Translations under genes and position numbers: made by a program
The notes under the pieces: generated by a model
The model's database searches: none
Seen by the model: only the letters and a program-made list of their open reading frames with translations
Told to the model about the DNA's origin: nothing
Shown here: piece by piece, positions 40,658 to 52,935 of the stretch
Layout of the letters: each line of letters begins with the position of its first letter
Position numbering within the stretch: the stretch's first letter is position 1
Origin: Octopus bimaculoides
Taxonomy: Eukaryota
DNA: 63,867 bases
Assembly: GCF_001194135.2 (NCBI RefSeq)
Contig: NC_068986.1
Location: 98,532,210-98,596,076, forward strand
Direction of reading: 5' to 3'

Positions 40658-42194
40658 CACCCAGAACCACGCTAATAGCTTAGGAGTGAAATTTAAGATT
40701 TCTCGGTTTTCTGTGAATCGATTATGATAAAACGTTTGCCAATTGATTTGCACAATATGGCAACACTCTGTTATCATTATTCTGTGTAACATCCTTTCTT
40801 TTCTATTTCAGATTCTTCAGTTTTTGGATGAACCACGCTTTTGAATGAAAATAACCCATCTAGACATTTTTGGGGGGTTTTTTTCAGAAAACGAAGGGTA
40901 ATGATACATATTAAGCAAACATTAAGTATATATTTAACAGAAAACAAATAATGATATCATGACAGCTATTAACATAATGAATTATTTAGCCACATGAGTG
41001 CCAAGATAATAACGATCCGATTGTGGGACTTCCAGGACTGTGAGAAGTAGGGATTTAAAGAATATTAGCTGCAAGTTACGTAGGAAGCCTGGACAATCAA
41101 GCAAAGCTATTTTCACCACCTCCGGACTTTCTCATGTACCGAAAATCACCAGAAATCGCATCCTCGAGAACCATGGCTTCTGTGCGAGAACCCCTGAAAC
41201 TGCCTCCTTACAGAAGTTTGAGGCTTCAATGGGCCCAAAAGTACGACATTAGACGTGAGTTGTGTTCTGTTCACTGACGAAACCAGGGCGACCCTTGACG
41301 AACCCGATGGTTGGGCAAATGGTTGAGTCTATTTTGGAGATGAGCGTCACCAACGTTTACCACGTCAGCAAATTGGTAGAGGAGTCATGCTGTGGGCTGG
41401 AATCATTGGAGATAGACTTGTTGGCCTAGTCAAGATACCTGAAGAGGTTAAAGTGACCGCAGCCGCCTACTGCAATGTCTTGAAAGAGGTCTTGGATCTC
41501 TGGCTAGATGACATACTTCTGTCACTTCTTAGGAATCTCGTATTCATGCATGGCAACGCTCCCTCCCCTTATGCCAGGACCACCCGAAAATTCCTAGGGT
41601 CTTACGACATACAAGGTGAAAGATTGATAGTTGATGCCACTAACATCTCCGGATCTCAAACTTATCGAAAATCTTTCGTCTATCGTTAAACAAGATGTTT
41701 ATACGGATGGACGCCAATTTACGTCGAAAGATGTCTTATAGACTACCATCAAAGCTACAACAGAGGCAGTCCAACCTCCTACTATTAAAGAATTGACAGA
41801 TTCCATGACTAATAGGGTTTTTGAAGTTATCCGTCGAAATGGCGTTCATATGGCTAAATAATTCATTATCTCAATAGATGTTATAATATTATCATGGTTT
41901 TCTGTTAAATACATACTTAATGTATGCTTAATATGTATCATTACCCTTCATTTCAGATTAAAAAAAAACATGTCTACATGGGCTATATTCATTCAAAAGC
42001 TATTAGTGTGGTTCACAGAAAAACTAACTGAAGAATCTGAAATAAAAGAAAGGACGTTATACAGAATAATTAAAACATAACAATTGTGTTTTCATTGTGT
42101 GCCTACCAACTGGGAAAAGTTTTATCGAAATCGATTCACAGAAAACCGAGAAATCTTAAATTCCACTCCTAAGCTATTAACGTGGTTCTAGGTG
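40658..42194 (+). mobile_element. Structurally complete but defective Tc1 (DD34E) transposon with ~340-bp TIRs
   Basis: TA-CACCCAGAACCACG...CGTGGTTCTAGGTG-TA; long imperfect inverted arms; LFTDETRATLD, VMLWAGI, FMHGNAPS, SPDLKLIENL. Confidence 0.9.
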
Positions 42195-42839
42195 TATATG
42201 GAAATACTTCAATGTGCGTACTCTTCTCAAATAAAAAAATGTCCGAAGAATTTTCAAAGAAAAACAAATTACAAATAAATAAACAGATTTTGAGAAACAG
42301 GATTCTCAAACATAATTATATTCTTTTCTAAGCACAAGACCCGTAATTTGGGAGGAGGGGTCTGCCAGCTCACCACCTTATACACGTAATTATATTGAAA
42401 GATAGAGGTATACGTCTTTAAAAATTGTAAAACTACAAAAGCACAATAAGCAGCAAGAACAACGCAAATTTGTGCAATGTTGACAAAGATATTAACAATA
42501 ATGTCTTTACGAGCATTGCATAACAAATGGAGATCTTAGATATTAAAAAATGTGGTAAGGAAGCGAGAGTAGTACCGGATACAAAAACCAACTGATTCAG
42601 GTGTGGTATCAAGTTCCAATTGAAATTTATGGGCTCAAGTTTAGAAGGAAATATCAGGGAGTAGATCTGCAGTCTCTAGTTTATCATCTGTCACAGCTGC
42701 AATGACTGCTCCATGGATAGTGGATGAAGTTGTCTCAATGCCAGAAACCAAAAACTTGAACTCGTATCACAACCATAGCTAGTAGTACCACACCATTCAT
42801 ACTGCGACAACAGAGGGAAAAGGAAAGATTGGAAATGAG

Positions 42840-43180
42840 AACCAAATTATCGGGATCAATATGAACCAAACTGCAAAATATTCTTCTCATACTAAAACTA
42901 TAAAATATTCAAAAGAGAAAACAAGTAACACAAGTGAGGAGGAGTCCATAACAGCCCCGAACAAAATTAAATTCAAAATCCTTTGGATGGATAAAGATGA
43001 GTATATTAGATATTTGAAGAGTAAATTAAGGATGGGGTTCAGATTGAGATGGCGGTAAGATCTGATTATGTAGAACATGAAAACAACAGCCTGTTTAAGA
43101 ACAAATTTAATAGTCTATGAACAATTATATCTTATCTACCAGAATGACAAGGTTCATTTCTTAATGCGAGTCGACTTCGC
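42840..43180 (+). mobile_element. Possible LINE AP-endonuclease remnant
   Basis: Loose resemblance only (IRYLKSKLRMG vs GDFNAKLG; EHENNSLFKNK vs NLxITNTxFK). Confidence 0.3.
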
Positions 43181-43639
43181 CTACCTTCGGATCTGAAGAT
43201 TTTAAGTACAGAGACTGCATGAAAACAGATGATATAAGGGTGGTAGGATTTGCCGGTCACACCCATCCGCATAGTTATGAATTGCCATTATTTGTTACAC
43301 ATATACACGCACGTTTACGTATATATTATATGTGCGTGTATGTATGTATGTATGTATGTATGTATGTATAAATATTTATGTGTGTGTCTGTGTTATCCTC
43401 CAAGCCCAACATTTGACAACCGATGCTGGTGTGCTTATATCCCCGTAACTTAGGGGTTGGGTAAAAGACACCGATAGAATAAGTACTAGGCTTAGAAAGA
43501 ATAAGTCCTGAAGTCGAGTTCTTCGGCTAAAACCCTTTAAGTCGGTGCTTCAGCATGTGTGCGTATGTATAGACACACACACACACACACACACACCCAC
43601 ACACACACACACATATGTATGCATGTATGTATATGTATT

Positions 43640-43860
43640 GTCTAATTTATCCCTGCTAATATTGGTTTCAACTTTTGGAACAAGCTCAGCACTTTCGGAG
43701 AATGGTATGAGTTGATGACAACGACCCCAGTAGTCAACTTATACATACTGAATCGACCCCGAAAGGATGAAATGCACAGACGACTTCGACGAAATTTGAA
43801 CTAAGAACGGACGAAGTGCAGTTGAGCGTTTTGCGCCGCACGCTAACGATTCTGAGACAT
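43640..43860 (-). mobile_element. Diverged SINE (family of 37284-37497)
   Basis: Shares cgaccccgaaaggatgaa..gaaatttgaact..gctaacgattctg with the 37.3-kb copy. Confidence 0.75.
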
Positions 43861-44345
43861 CACTGCTTATATTATCACAGTTTTTTTTTACTATGCCTCT
43901 ATATATTGCATAGCCTCTTTGCTCTTCCGCTTATTCTGATGTAAGAATGTACATACAGTCCTACATGTTTCCGTACTCTTTTTTTTTTCTCTACAACGCG
44001 TTGCGGTATATGAAAATGGTTGCAAAAGCATAGTGTGATGACAATGCGTGTGTGTCTGTGAGTATGAGAGAGCGTGTCTGCGTCTGTGTCACACGCGCAT
44101 GTGTATTGTGTGTGTGACAGCAGACGAGAAAAATTTTCTCCGTTAAGTTAAATATGTTTTGCGTTCGGCTCTTTGTCACTGAACTGTTTCATTTGTTTCG
44201 CTTACCGACGATGGAGCAGGCCCATATATTGCTTTATGATTCTATGGCAGAATATGTGTTAGGTGTAGTGTCACATTTTATACTGATAAATAGTTATAGT
44301 TTTTGGGGGAATGGAAAGACAGCCTTATGGAAGATATTAAGCATA

Positions 44346-44376
<31 letters not shown>

Positions 44377-44517
44377 AACTTTGGGCATTTCTTTCAAGTA
44401 ATTAGTGATGTGGGAATTTTATGATTTGTTTTTCTTTCTGATTTTCTTTTTTTTTTTGTCAGTTTGGTACGTTTTGTATTAGGTACGTTGTCACTCACAT
44501 ATTCCATTAATTTTTGT

Positions 44518-45128
44518 GGATCTTTTTTAAAACGGGGGCCACATTTTTCATTAATGTTTTACGTAGTGTTTTTGGTACCAAAAGACTTTCAAACTTCGTA
44601 TACTTATCTATTTTGTGTTATAGAACAGAAAAATATTTTTGTATTCGAATTTATTTCATTTAAAAAATTGTCTTATTTCGATAATTTCAACCAATCACTG
44701 ACAAGTATTCAGTTGTTTATGTTTACTCCTTTGGCTGATTAAGCCATAGCTTCGTTTTATTTGCTTTTTTCATTTTAAATTTGCTTTTTTCATTTTCTTT
44801 TTTTTTCTTCGTTTTATTTGCTTTTTTCTTTTTAAATTTGCTGTTTTACCCTAACCCTAACCCTAACCCTAACCCTATCACCGATAGAATTGTTTCAGAA
44901 TCGTTTGTTTATGTAGTCGGCACTTAATGTATATCGGCTGAATGGACGTCAGTGATTGGTTGAAATTACAGAAATACGACAACTTTAACATGGAATAACT
45001 TAGGGATTTCTTTTTTTTTTTAAGAAGACTAAGAGAAAAAGATGTTTTATATGACACATTCTACCAGTGTTCCAAGTTTCAAAGTGTTTCGTTAATGAAA
45101 AATGTGGCCCCCGTTTTAAAAAAGATCC
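44518..45128. mobile_element. Non-autonomous DNA transposon (Merlin-like) with internal telomeric repeats
   Basis: Perfect 37-bp TIRs (44518-44554, 45092-45128) starting GGATC; 8-bp TSD atttttgt (44510-44517, 45129-45136); (CCCTAA)4 at 44849-44872. Confidence 0.9.
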
Positions 45129-45254
45129 ATTTTTGTTTTATAAATAATCAGAATACTGACCTCAGATTTTTAAAAAATGCGTAGGAAGCAGTTTGAGCCA
45201 GTTATATGTATGTGTTATGCTTATATGTGTGTGCGTGTGTATGTGCATGTTCGT

Positions 45255-45309
<55 letters not shown>

Positions 45310-45841
45310 TGTGTAATTTTCAACGAATCTGGTTAATCTTGCATTCGATTAATTCCTTTGTGAACTGGAAACCAATGCACTATACGTATGAGTAATTACT
45401 CTATCCTTAATATAATGAAGATTTGTATTAATAGTCTTGGAAGTTGAACCATATCTGAACGTGGCACATTATAAAAGTACAGACTGAATAGCAAGACAAT
45501 TCATTAAAGAATTTAATGTCTAAGTAAATTTTCACGATTCAGTAAAACTTCGGCTGTAGATACAAAGGCTATTGGAAACTGTTGGTTATCTTTCTATTAA
45601 GATACACAGTTTAAGATGACTCTTTTGTGCCTATGGTGGAAATCAATATTTCTACGATTATGCTTTCTATACATGTTATTTTAAGATTATCGATGCAAAA
45701 CCGTTTTAAACTGTTATATGAATTAATAATAATTGTTCTTTGTATGTGCGTGTTTTATTGTCTTTTTTTAATTTTTGTTTTGTTTTTCTGCTTTATTGCT
45801 TTTTTTCTTTTTTGGTTTTCGGAGTGTGTATTTTGTTCACA

Positions 45842-46010
45842 GGCGTGGCTGTGTGGTAAGAAGCTTCCTTCTTAATCACATGGTTCCAGGTGCAGCCCCA
45901 CTGCATGACATCTTGGGAAAATGTCTTCTACTATAGCTTCGGGCCGACCAAAACCTTGCGAGTGAATTTGGTAGACGGAAACAGAAAGAAGCCAGTCGTG
46001 TGTATATATA
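45842..46010 (+). mobile_element. tRNA-derived SINE, third family
   Basis: ggcgtggctgtgtggtaagaagctt head, tail gtgaatttggtagacggaaac; related pieces at 39336-39384 (+), 39595-39740 (-) and 53130-53290 (-). Confidence 0.7.
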
Positions 46011-46029
46011 TATATATATATATCAGTTG

Positions 46030-46237
46030 AATGAATTTAAAACATGGTCTGGATTTCACGTTTTTCATTATGGTAAAAATAGGATACGCCAGCAATGAAC
46101 TTAAACACATCGAGAGCAAGTGCAGCAGGACAGAGGATAAGGTGACCTACACCACACGCTTCCTAGAGGTATTGAAAAATAACGGGAACCCTATATCCAT
46201 TGTAAATCGGCTTAAGTACCCAAGACGACAAACACGC
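46030..46237 (+). mobile_element. Penelope-like RT thumb fragment
   Basis: HIESKCSRTEDK..FLEVLKNNGNPISIVNRL resembles RICS...L..NGYP of PLEs. Confidence 0.5.
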
Positions 46238-47290
46238 CTATATATAATTCCTCGCAATTGAGGCATTTAAAACAGTAGATCAAATTTCTGCTTTTGCAGT
46301 TCATATCTGCATGTGCGAAAAGCTTGTCTATTTTTTGTTCTAATAAATCTACTCGTACGCATATATCGACAGTTCCACATCTGTTATCATTACACTCGGA
46401 TACTCTGAATGTTTTATCCTGTTTGTTCATGTTGAATTTTGCCTTTGTTAATAGTTTCTTTAGGTTATGTGGTTGCCTTTTGCTTAAGATAAGTGTTTGA
46501 TTAGTTATTATTTTTCACTTTGTTCTATGATTGGCAAACTTGTTTCGATGATGTCAAAAATATTTTGGCAATGCGTATTGTATGTTACCAGAAATGGTAT
46601 TGTGTTCCTTTGATGGGTTCGTCTTTTTCGTGTTGCAATAAGTTGTTCTATAGGTATCTCTTTTGCTCGTTGTATGCTATTTTCTATAAGTTGGAGAGGG
46701 TAATTTTGTGTGAGTAGAAATCGTTTGAGTTCTATAGGTCGCGTGTTTCTGGTATTTGGGTCATCGACTATAGTACAAATTTTCCTAGCTAGACAGTACA
46801 GGATGTTGTGTTTTGTGTGTTGGGTGGCATGATTTGAAATTTAGGTACTGATATGTATCTGTGCTTTTGTAATTAATATCAGTTGTGATTGCGGTGTTAC
46901 TTTTAATTACCGTTATATCAAGAAATGATAAATGTGTGTTGCCCATTTCTCTGGTGAATTTGAGATGAAGGTATAGATTATTGAGGAGGGTGCTGAATTC
47001 TTCCACATTTCCTAGGGATTTGGTCTAAATTAGGAAGCAATCATCGAGGTATCTTTTCCATGTCTCCTCTAAATGTCTTTTAAAGGTCATGCCGTAGTTC
47101 TCTTCATTTTTTCATATAGGTTTTGTTCCAAGTAACCCAATACTGGGTTCGTGAAAACTGGAGCAAATAGTGTCCCCGTAGCTGTGCCTCGAATTTGAAG
47201 ATACTTTTTTCTATTGAAAACGTACGTATTACTTTCGCGGATGATGCTGAGCGCGTCTAGTATCAAGGTTACAGTAAATCTATTGGGCAT
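46238..47290 (-). mobile_element. Penelope-like element (RT plus GIY-YIG), decayed
   Basis: YLQIRGTATGTLFAP, WKRYLDDCFLI, LKFTRE..LSFLDI..YKSTDTYQYLNFKSCHP, TQNYPLQLI, NCKSRNLIYCFKCLNCEELYIG. Confidence 0.9.
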
Positions 47291-47308
47291 CACTTCTCTA
47301 TGTGTGTG

Positions 47309-47378
<70 letters not shown>

Positions 47379-47577
47379 NNNNNNNNNNNNNNNNNNNNNN
47401 NNNNNNNNNNNNNNNNNNNNNNNNNNNNNNNNNNNNNNNNNNNNNNNNNNNNNNNNNNNNNNNNNNNNNNNNNNNNNNNNNNNNNNNNNNNNNNNNNNNN
47501 NNNNNNNNNNNNNNNNNNNNNNNNNNNNNNNNNNNNNNNNNNNNNNNNNNNNNNNNNNNNNNNNNNNNNNNNNNNNN

Positions 47578-47631
<54 letters not shown>

Positions 47632-48138
47632 TGCGTTTTCCCCACACACCCACCATCGTTTGACAACCGATGCTGGTGTGTTTATATCCCCGTAAGTTCG
47701 GCAAAAGAAACGATAGAATACGTATTAGGCGTGGAAAGAATAAAAGGTGGAGGTGCTTGTCTCCCCCTTGCAAACATAAGGACACAGGAAATGTGTCAAG
47801 GCTGACAGGAAGCGGTGCAGCTTCCTGGATCTAACCAACAGTAGTATTATTCCCTTCAAGGGACTGTCACATTAAGTTGACAGCTTATAACTACTTGGAA
47901 AGGATAGGTTAGAAAGAATAAGTCGGAGTCGATTTCTTTGGTAAATCCCTTTAAGGAGGTGCTCCAGCATAGCCGCAGTTAAATAACGGAAATAAGTAAA
48001 AGAGTAGAAGTGAATCTACAATGATATCGTTATCAAACAGTCGATGGAATAGAGGCATCTACCTAATCTCTCGACCTCCTAGCAAATTATCATTCGTACT
48101 ACACAGTGCTGTTTGACGAAGGAATACATTTGATAATG

Positions 48139-48519
48139 AAGGCGCAATGGCCCAGTGTTAGGGCACCGGACTCGCGGTCATAGGATCGCGGTTTTGATTC
48201 CCAGACCGGGCGTTGTGAGTGTTTATTGAGCGAAAGCACCTAAAGATCCACGAGGCTCCGGAAAGGGATGGTGGCAAACCCTGCTGTACTCTTTCACCAC
48301 AACTTTCTCTCACTCTTACCTCCTGTTTCTGTTGTGCCTGTAATTCAAAGGGTCAGCCTTGTCACACTGTGTCACGCTGAATATCCCCGAGAACTACGTT
48401 AATGGTACACGTGTGTGTGGAGTGCTCAGCCACTTGCACGTTAATTTCACGAGCAGGCTGTTCCATTGATCGGATCAACTGGAACCCTCGACGTCGTAAG
48501 CGACGGAGTGCCAACAACA
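48139..48519 (+). mobile_element. Full-length ~380-bp tRNA-derived SINE with 13-bp TSD
   Basis: A-box-like tggcccagtg, B-box-like ggttttgattccc, (CAA)n tail; TSD acatttgataatg at 48126-48138 and 48520-48532. Confidence 0.9.
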
Positions 48520-49690
48520 ACATTTGATAATGTATATATGGGCGAATTGCAACAAGGAAATTGAGAAGATAGTCATGGATGGAGTGTGTCATTTCATACG
48601 TTCTCTAAAACAACAACGATATTGATATCTCCTGGTTTTGTTTTACTAAATATCAAGGCTGTGTACTTTATTATCAAGTGTAAAAGATGGCATTTTGAAA
48701 GTTTTTCGTAGCGGTTCATTGTGGATATTATAGAGTCGAAAGGTTATGAAATTCGCTTCGTAATTATGAGGTCACAGGTTCTTCCCACTGCACTGAAATT
48801 TTCTAATGGACTGCTCGGATTCCTGTTATATGGACTGTACCTATAACATACATGTCCAACCTCGTCACAGTCTGTCGAACAGATTCCACTTGAAAAATTC
48901 ATAAATACATTAAAGGTACACGTATCAGTGGAATACAGAGCCACTTACACGTAATTCAATAAGCCTGATCGAACAACTTAAACGCGTCCGTGATCTTCTT
49001 CAGGGCCTTCTAAAGTGGAGAAAATAATAAACAGATCAATACTCAAACCAGAGAACTGAGCTGCAAGCTTGAAACCTAATTGATTCGTCGATAGGCATTC
49101 GTTAACCTGATGACGGTTTTAAGCAGGAATACGGATCACAAGTGCCACTCAATAACGAAATCGTTACAACTGATAGTCCTCTATGCAGTTTCAGCATTTT
49201 ATTCATAATCTTTCGATCACCCACAGCGTAAGATAGCGATGTGAACTTCTAAAACTCACATCGGTGTCTGCTTCCATAAAATATTAATTTTATGCAAATT
49301 TCTTTTATTTATTTAGTGGTTCATATATAAAGTAGCGAGCAAAGAGCGATATCGCCTTCCAGGACATTAATTAACTATAATGTGCTCAAATATTGTCTGG
49401 TAATTAAATAAACTTACACATATATCAATGCACACACATATATCTCGATATATGTGTGTGCGTGCGTGTATGAATGTATAAGCATGTTTGTATATATGTA
49501 GTAGTTAGTAACTTGATACATTTGTAAAAGCACACACACACACACACGGAAATATGCATAAATAAAAGAAATTATTATACAAGGTGGAATGAAGAGACTT
49601 TCCTTTCAACCACTACAATTGTTTCTGTGCATTATAATCAGCTGTTGATTGCTGCGTGTTTCACATTTAATACATATTATTATATGAATA

Positions 49691-50609
49691 CTAGCTGTTT
49701 TTCCCAGTTTCACTCGGGCAGTGTGGTGGATTTGGTTAAAGGCTATTTCCTATGTATATTTTGAATAATAAAAAGAACTAAAAATTAAAAAAAAAATTTT
49801 TAATTCCAAAAACAAAAAAAGTAAGAACAACCCAAAAACAATACGATGCTAAGGATTTTGCGGGTCGATATTGTAAAACTAACTTCACGTGTGTACCCAT
49901 AGCCCCATGTAGTCACGGAACCTTATTTGTGGTATAACCTCGCCTTAAAAGAAAAATATATGGTAGTGCGGTTGTTGTATTGGCGACACAAGAATGTTAA
50001 TCGAAAATGTTCAAGATCAATCATAGGTTGGACGTTCATTTACGCTGATTAGAACCGTGAATTTCAATTATTGAAAACGAGTTCCCGGATGGATACAATT
50101 GTGCAGAGTCCGTTTGTCTCAATATGGAAAAGCTGTTTGAATGTCGACGTTTGAAGACATTTGTAACTGAAGTTAAAAAAAACATAGTAATTAGAAAGAG
50201 CGTAAGCTACAGCTTTTTTTATTTTTAATGCACAAAAAATTGAAATTATTATTTTTTTTTCTGTGCCTCTGATTAAAATTTTCGAAAAACAAACCCAGCC
50301 ACATTACTTAGAAAAAAATAATCTTTATTGTGCTGGTTTTTCGTAAAATTTCGCGCATGGGAAAGGCAACAAAATCGCCCCTCCCCACTTTGAATGGGAT
50401 ATTCCTATCTTAAAAGGTAATAATCGATTATCTCGGTAACCATGGGAGTTGGAGGGCAATAAAAATCTCCTGAACATGAGCGGACCATGCTGCCGCTCTC
50501 TGCTGAATATCACGCGATTCCACTGCACCGTTCTCGAGTGAATCTGCCGACACTCAATCAATCAATCAATCAATCAAGCAATCAAGAACACTGCAATTTG
50601 TAGTATAGA
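49691..50609 (-). mobile_element. Non-autonomous Helitron
   Basis: Minus strand A|TCTATACTA...(GATT)n...CCCGAGTGAAACTGGG hairpin, 8 nt, CTAG|T; no TSD. Confidence 0.75.
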
Positions 50610-51424
50610 TGACCCGGCAAGCGTTGGATACTTGAAGGTCATTAGATGAGTGGCTTTGTGAGCACTGCTGGAACACCTATAATGTTCAGCTGATGCTAAT
50701 GCACNNNNNNNNNNNNNNNNNNNNNNNNNNNNNNNNNNNNNNNNNNNNNNNNNNNNNNNNNNNNNNNNNNNNNNNNNNNNNNNNNNNNNNNNNNNNNNNN
50801 NNNNNNNNNNNNNNNNNNNNNNNNNNNNNNNNNNNNNNNNNNNNNNNNNNNNNNNNNNNNNNNNNNNNNNNNNNNNNNNNNNNNNNNNNNNNNNNNNNNN
50901 NNNNNNNNNNNNNNNNNNNNNNNNNNNNNNNNNNNNNNNNNNNNNNNNNNNNNNNNNNNNNNNNNNNNNNNNNNNNNNNNNNNNNNNNNNNNNNNNNNNN
51001 NNNNNNNNNNNNNNNNNNNNNNNNNNNNNNNNNNNNNNNNNNNNNNNNNNNNNNNNNNNNNNNNNNNNNNNNNNNNNNNNNNNNNNNNNNNNNNNNNNNN
51101 NNNNNNNNNNNNNNNNNNNNNNNNNNNNNNNNNNNNNNNNNNNNNNNNNNNNNNNNNNNNNNNNNNNNNNNNNNNNNNNNNNNNNNNNNNNNNNNNNNNN
51201 NNNNNNNNNNNNNNNNNNNNNNNNNNNNNNNNNNNNNNNNNNNNNNNNNNNNNNNNNNNNNNNNNNNNNNNNNNNNNNNNNNNNNNNNNNNNNNNNNNNN
51301 NNNNNNNNNNNNNNNNNNNNNNNNNNNNNNNNNNNNNNNNNNNNNNNNNNNNNNNNNNNNNNNNNNNNTTTGTAGCCCAGGAAGACACCTCCTCCAGCTG
51401 GCTATTGACACACTTTCTGTGTCC

Positions 51425-51556
51425 GTCAATAGCCAGCTGGAAGAGGTGTCTTCCTGGGGCTACAAGCTACAGTAGCATCCACCCTTAAGGGTTAGCCACA
51501 TTTAAGTGGCAAATATACTTCACGATGTCGTGCAGCTACTGTTTATACCTCGCTCA
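51425..51556 (+). repeat. Unclassified interspersed repeat, second copy at 61975-62123
   Basis: Shared gccagctgga..ggggcta..gccacatttaagtggcaaatatacttcac..cgtgcag.tactgtt.atacctcg. Confidence 0.8.
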
Positions 51557-51665
51557 GAGATTTATCATTGCATACATACATACATATATGTATATGCGTA
51601 AACATATATACATATATGTATGTGTGTATATATACATTCATAGAATTATGTATGTGTGTGTTTGC

Positions 51666-51711
<46 letters not shown>

Positions 51712-52492
51712 ATGGACACAGAATATGTTAATATACGTGTGCTTAATAAGCAAAAATTTAACCTTTTTACTTTGCTGTACCATGTTTTTCAATTGCAGCG
51801 CTTTCACGTCCTCCTCTTTCCTTCCTCCCACTCTCCCCTCCCTCTCCTTCTTTTGCTGCATAGTGAAGATTAACTCAATTACTTTCGCATGGCTGACGGC
51901 TCATCAGCTATATCTTTCTCATTCGTCCCACGGAGAAAAACAATCGCTTACATGAACTTGTTAAAAATACTATAAATAAGAAGTACCCGTCTTTATTCAT
52001 TTACATACTAGTACATTCGCTATATGTACATATTAATTAACTAAAATACTACCTGAAATAAACACGATATATAAGATTACAGTGGATAATTTCGCATTAG
52101 AAACGTAATTCCGGACGTAAAGATGAGATTTTCATGCTTGGACTGCTCTAATCACATGTTTCATCATGACCGACATATTAACCAATAACAACCACTACTA
52201 CATCAGCAACTCTATGTAGCGAGATTTCTTTATATCCTTATCTTTCATCTGTTTCCGTCACTTGACTGGGGCCATACTGGAGCACCGCCTTCAAAGGTTT
52301 TGTGTGTGTTTTTATTTTCAACAGAATGACCCAGTATTTTTAATTCTGGTACTTATTGTATCGTTCTCTTTGCCCCCAACCCGACCCGCACTGTTTTGTT
52401 ATGTAGACGTAGATAAACTAACATTGGTTGCCAAGCGGTGGCAGTGGGGCAGGGGATATAAAGTGCACAAAACACTCACAGATATATATAAA

Positions 52493-52869
52493 GTCTGTCA
52501 TACCGGCCATGATGAAATACTACAAAGTATAGAAAATATGAAATACCACAAGGTATAGAAAATATTCGCCTTTATATATTTATATATTTAATCCTTTATA
52601 TTGAACACTCAATATTTCATCTATTCAATAAGACATATTCCATATATTCAATAAGACATTCAATACTTTATTTCATAGCACCATCCATTTTTATTTTATT
52701 TTATTTTATATTATATATTGTATATTATATTATATATTGTATATTCCATATTCTATATCCCACATTGGTTTTGCAGGAATATAAATAAAACATAAAAAAC
52801 AGACAGTGTTGGAACTCTTTTAAACAAAATAATATATTCCTCTATACACAATCATACAAAAAAAAAACC
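52493..52869 (+). repeat. Unclassified young AT-rich repeat, second copy at 63586-63867
   Basis: Same start (aagtctgtcataccggccatgatgaaatac); the last ~110 bp are essentially identical. Confidence 0.9.
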
Positions 52870-52890
52870 TTTTTTGTATTTATTTTTACT

Positions 52891-52935
<45 letters not shown>

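Noticed and set aside
48139-48215. tRNA-like heads (also at 37420-37497, 45842-45900 and 56015-56092)
   Set aside because: They are SINE 5' ends with bodies, tails and TSDs, not cloverleaf tRNA genes.
48950-49130. CTGAAGA/CTGATGA hammerhead-like cores
   Set aside because: No correctly placed GAAA or closing stem II.
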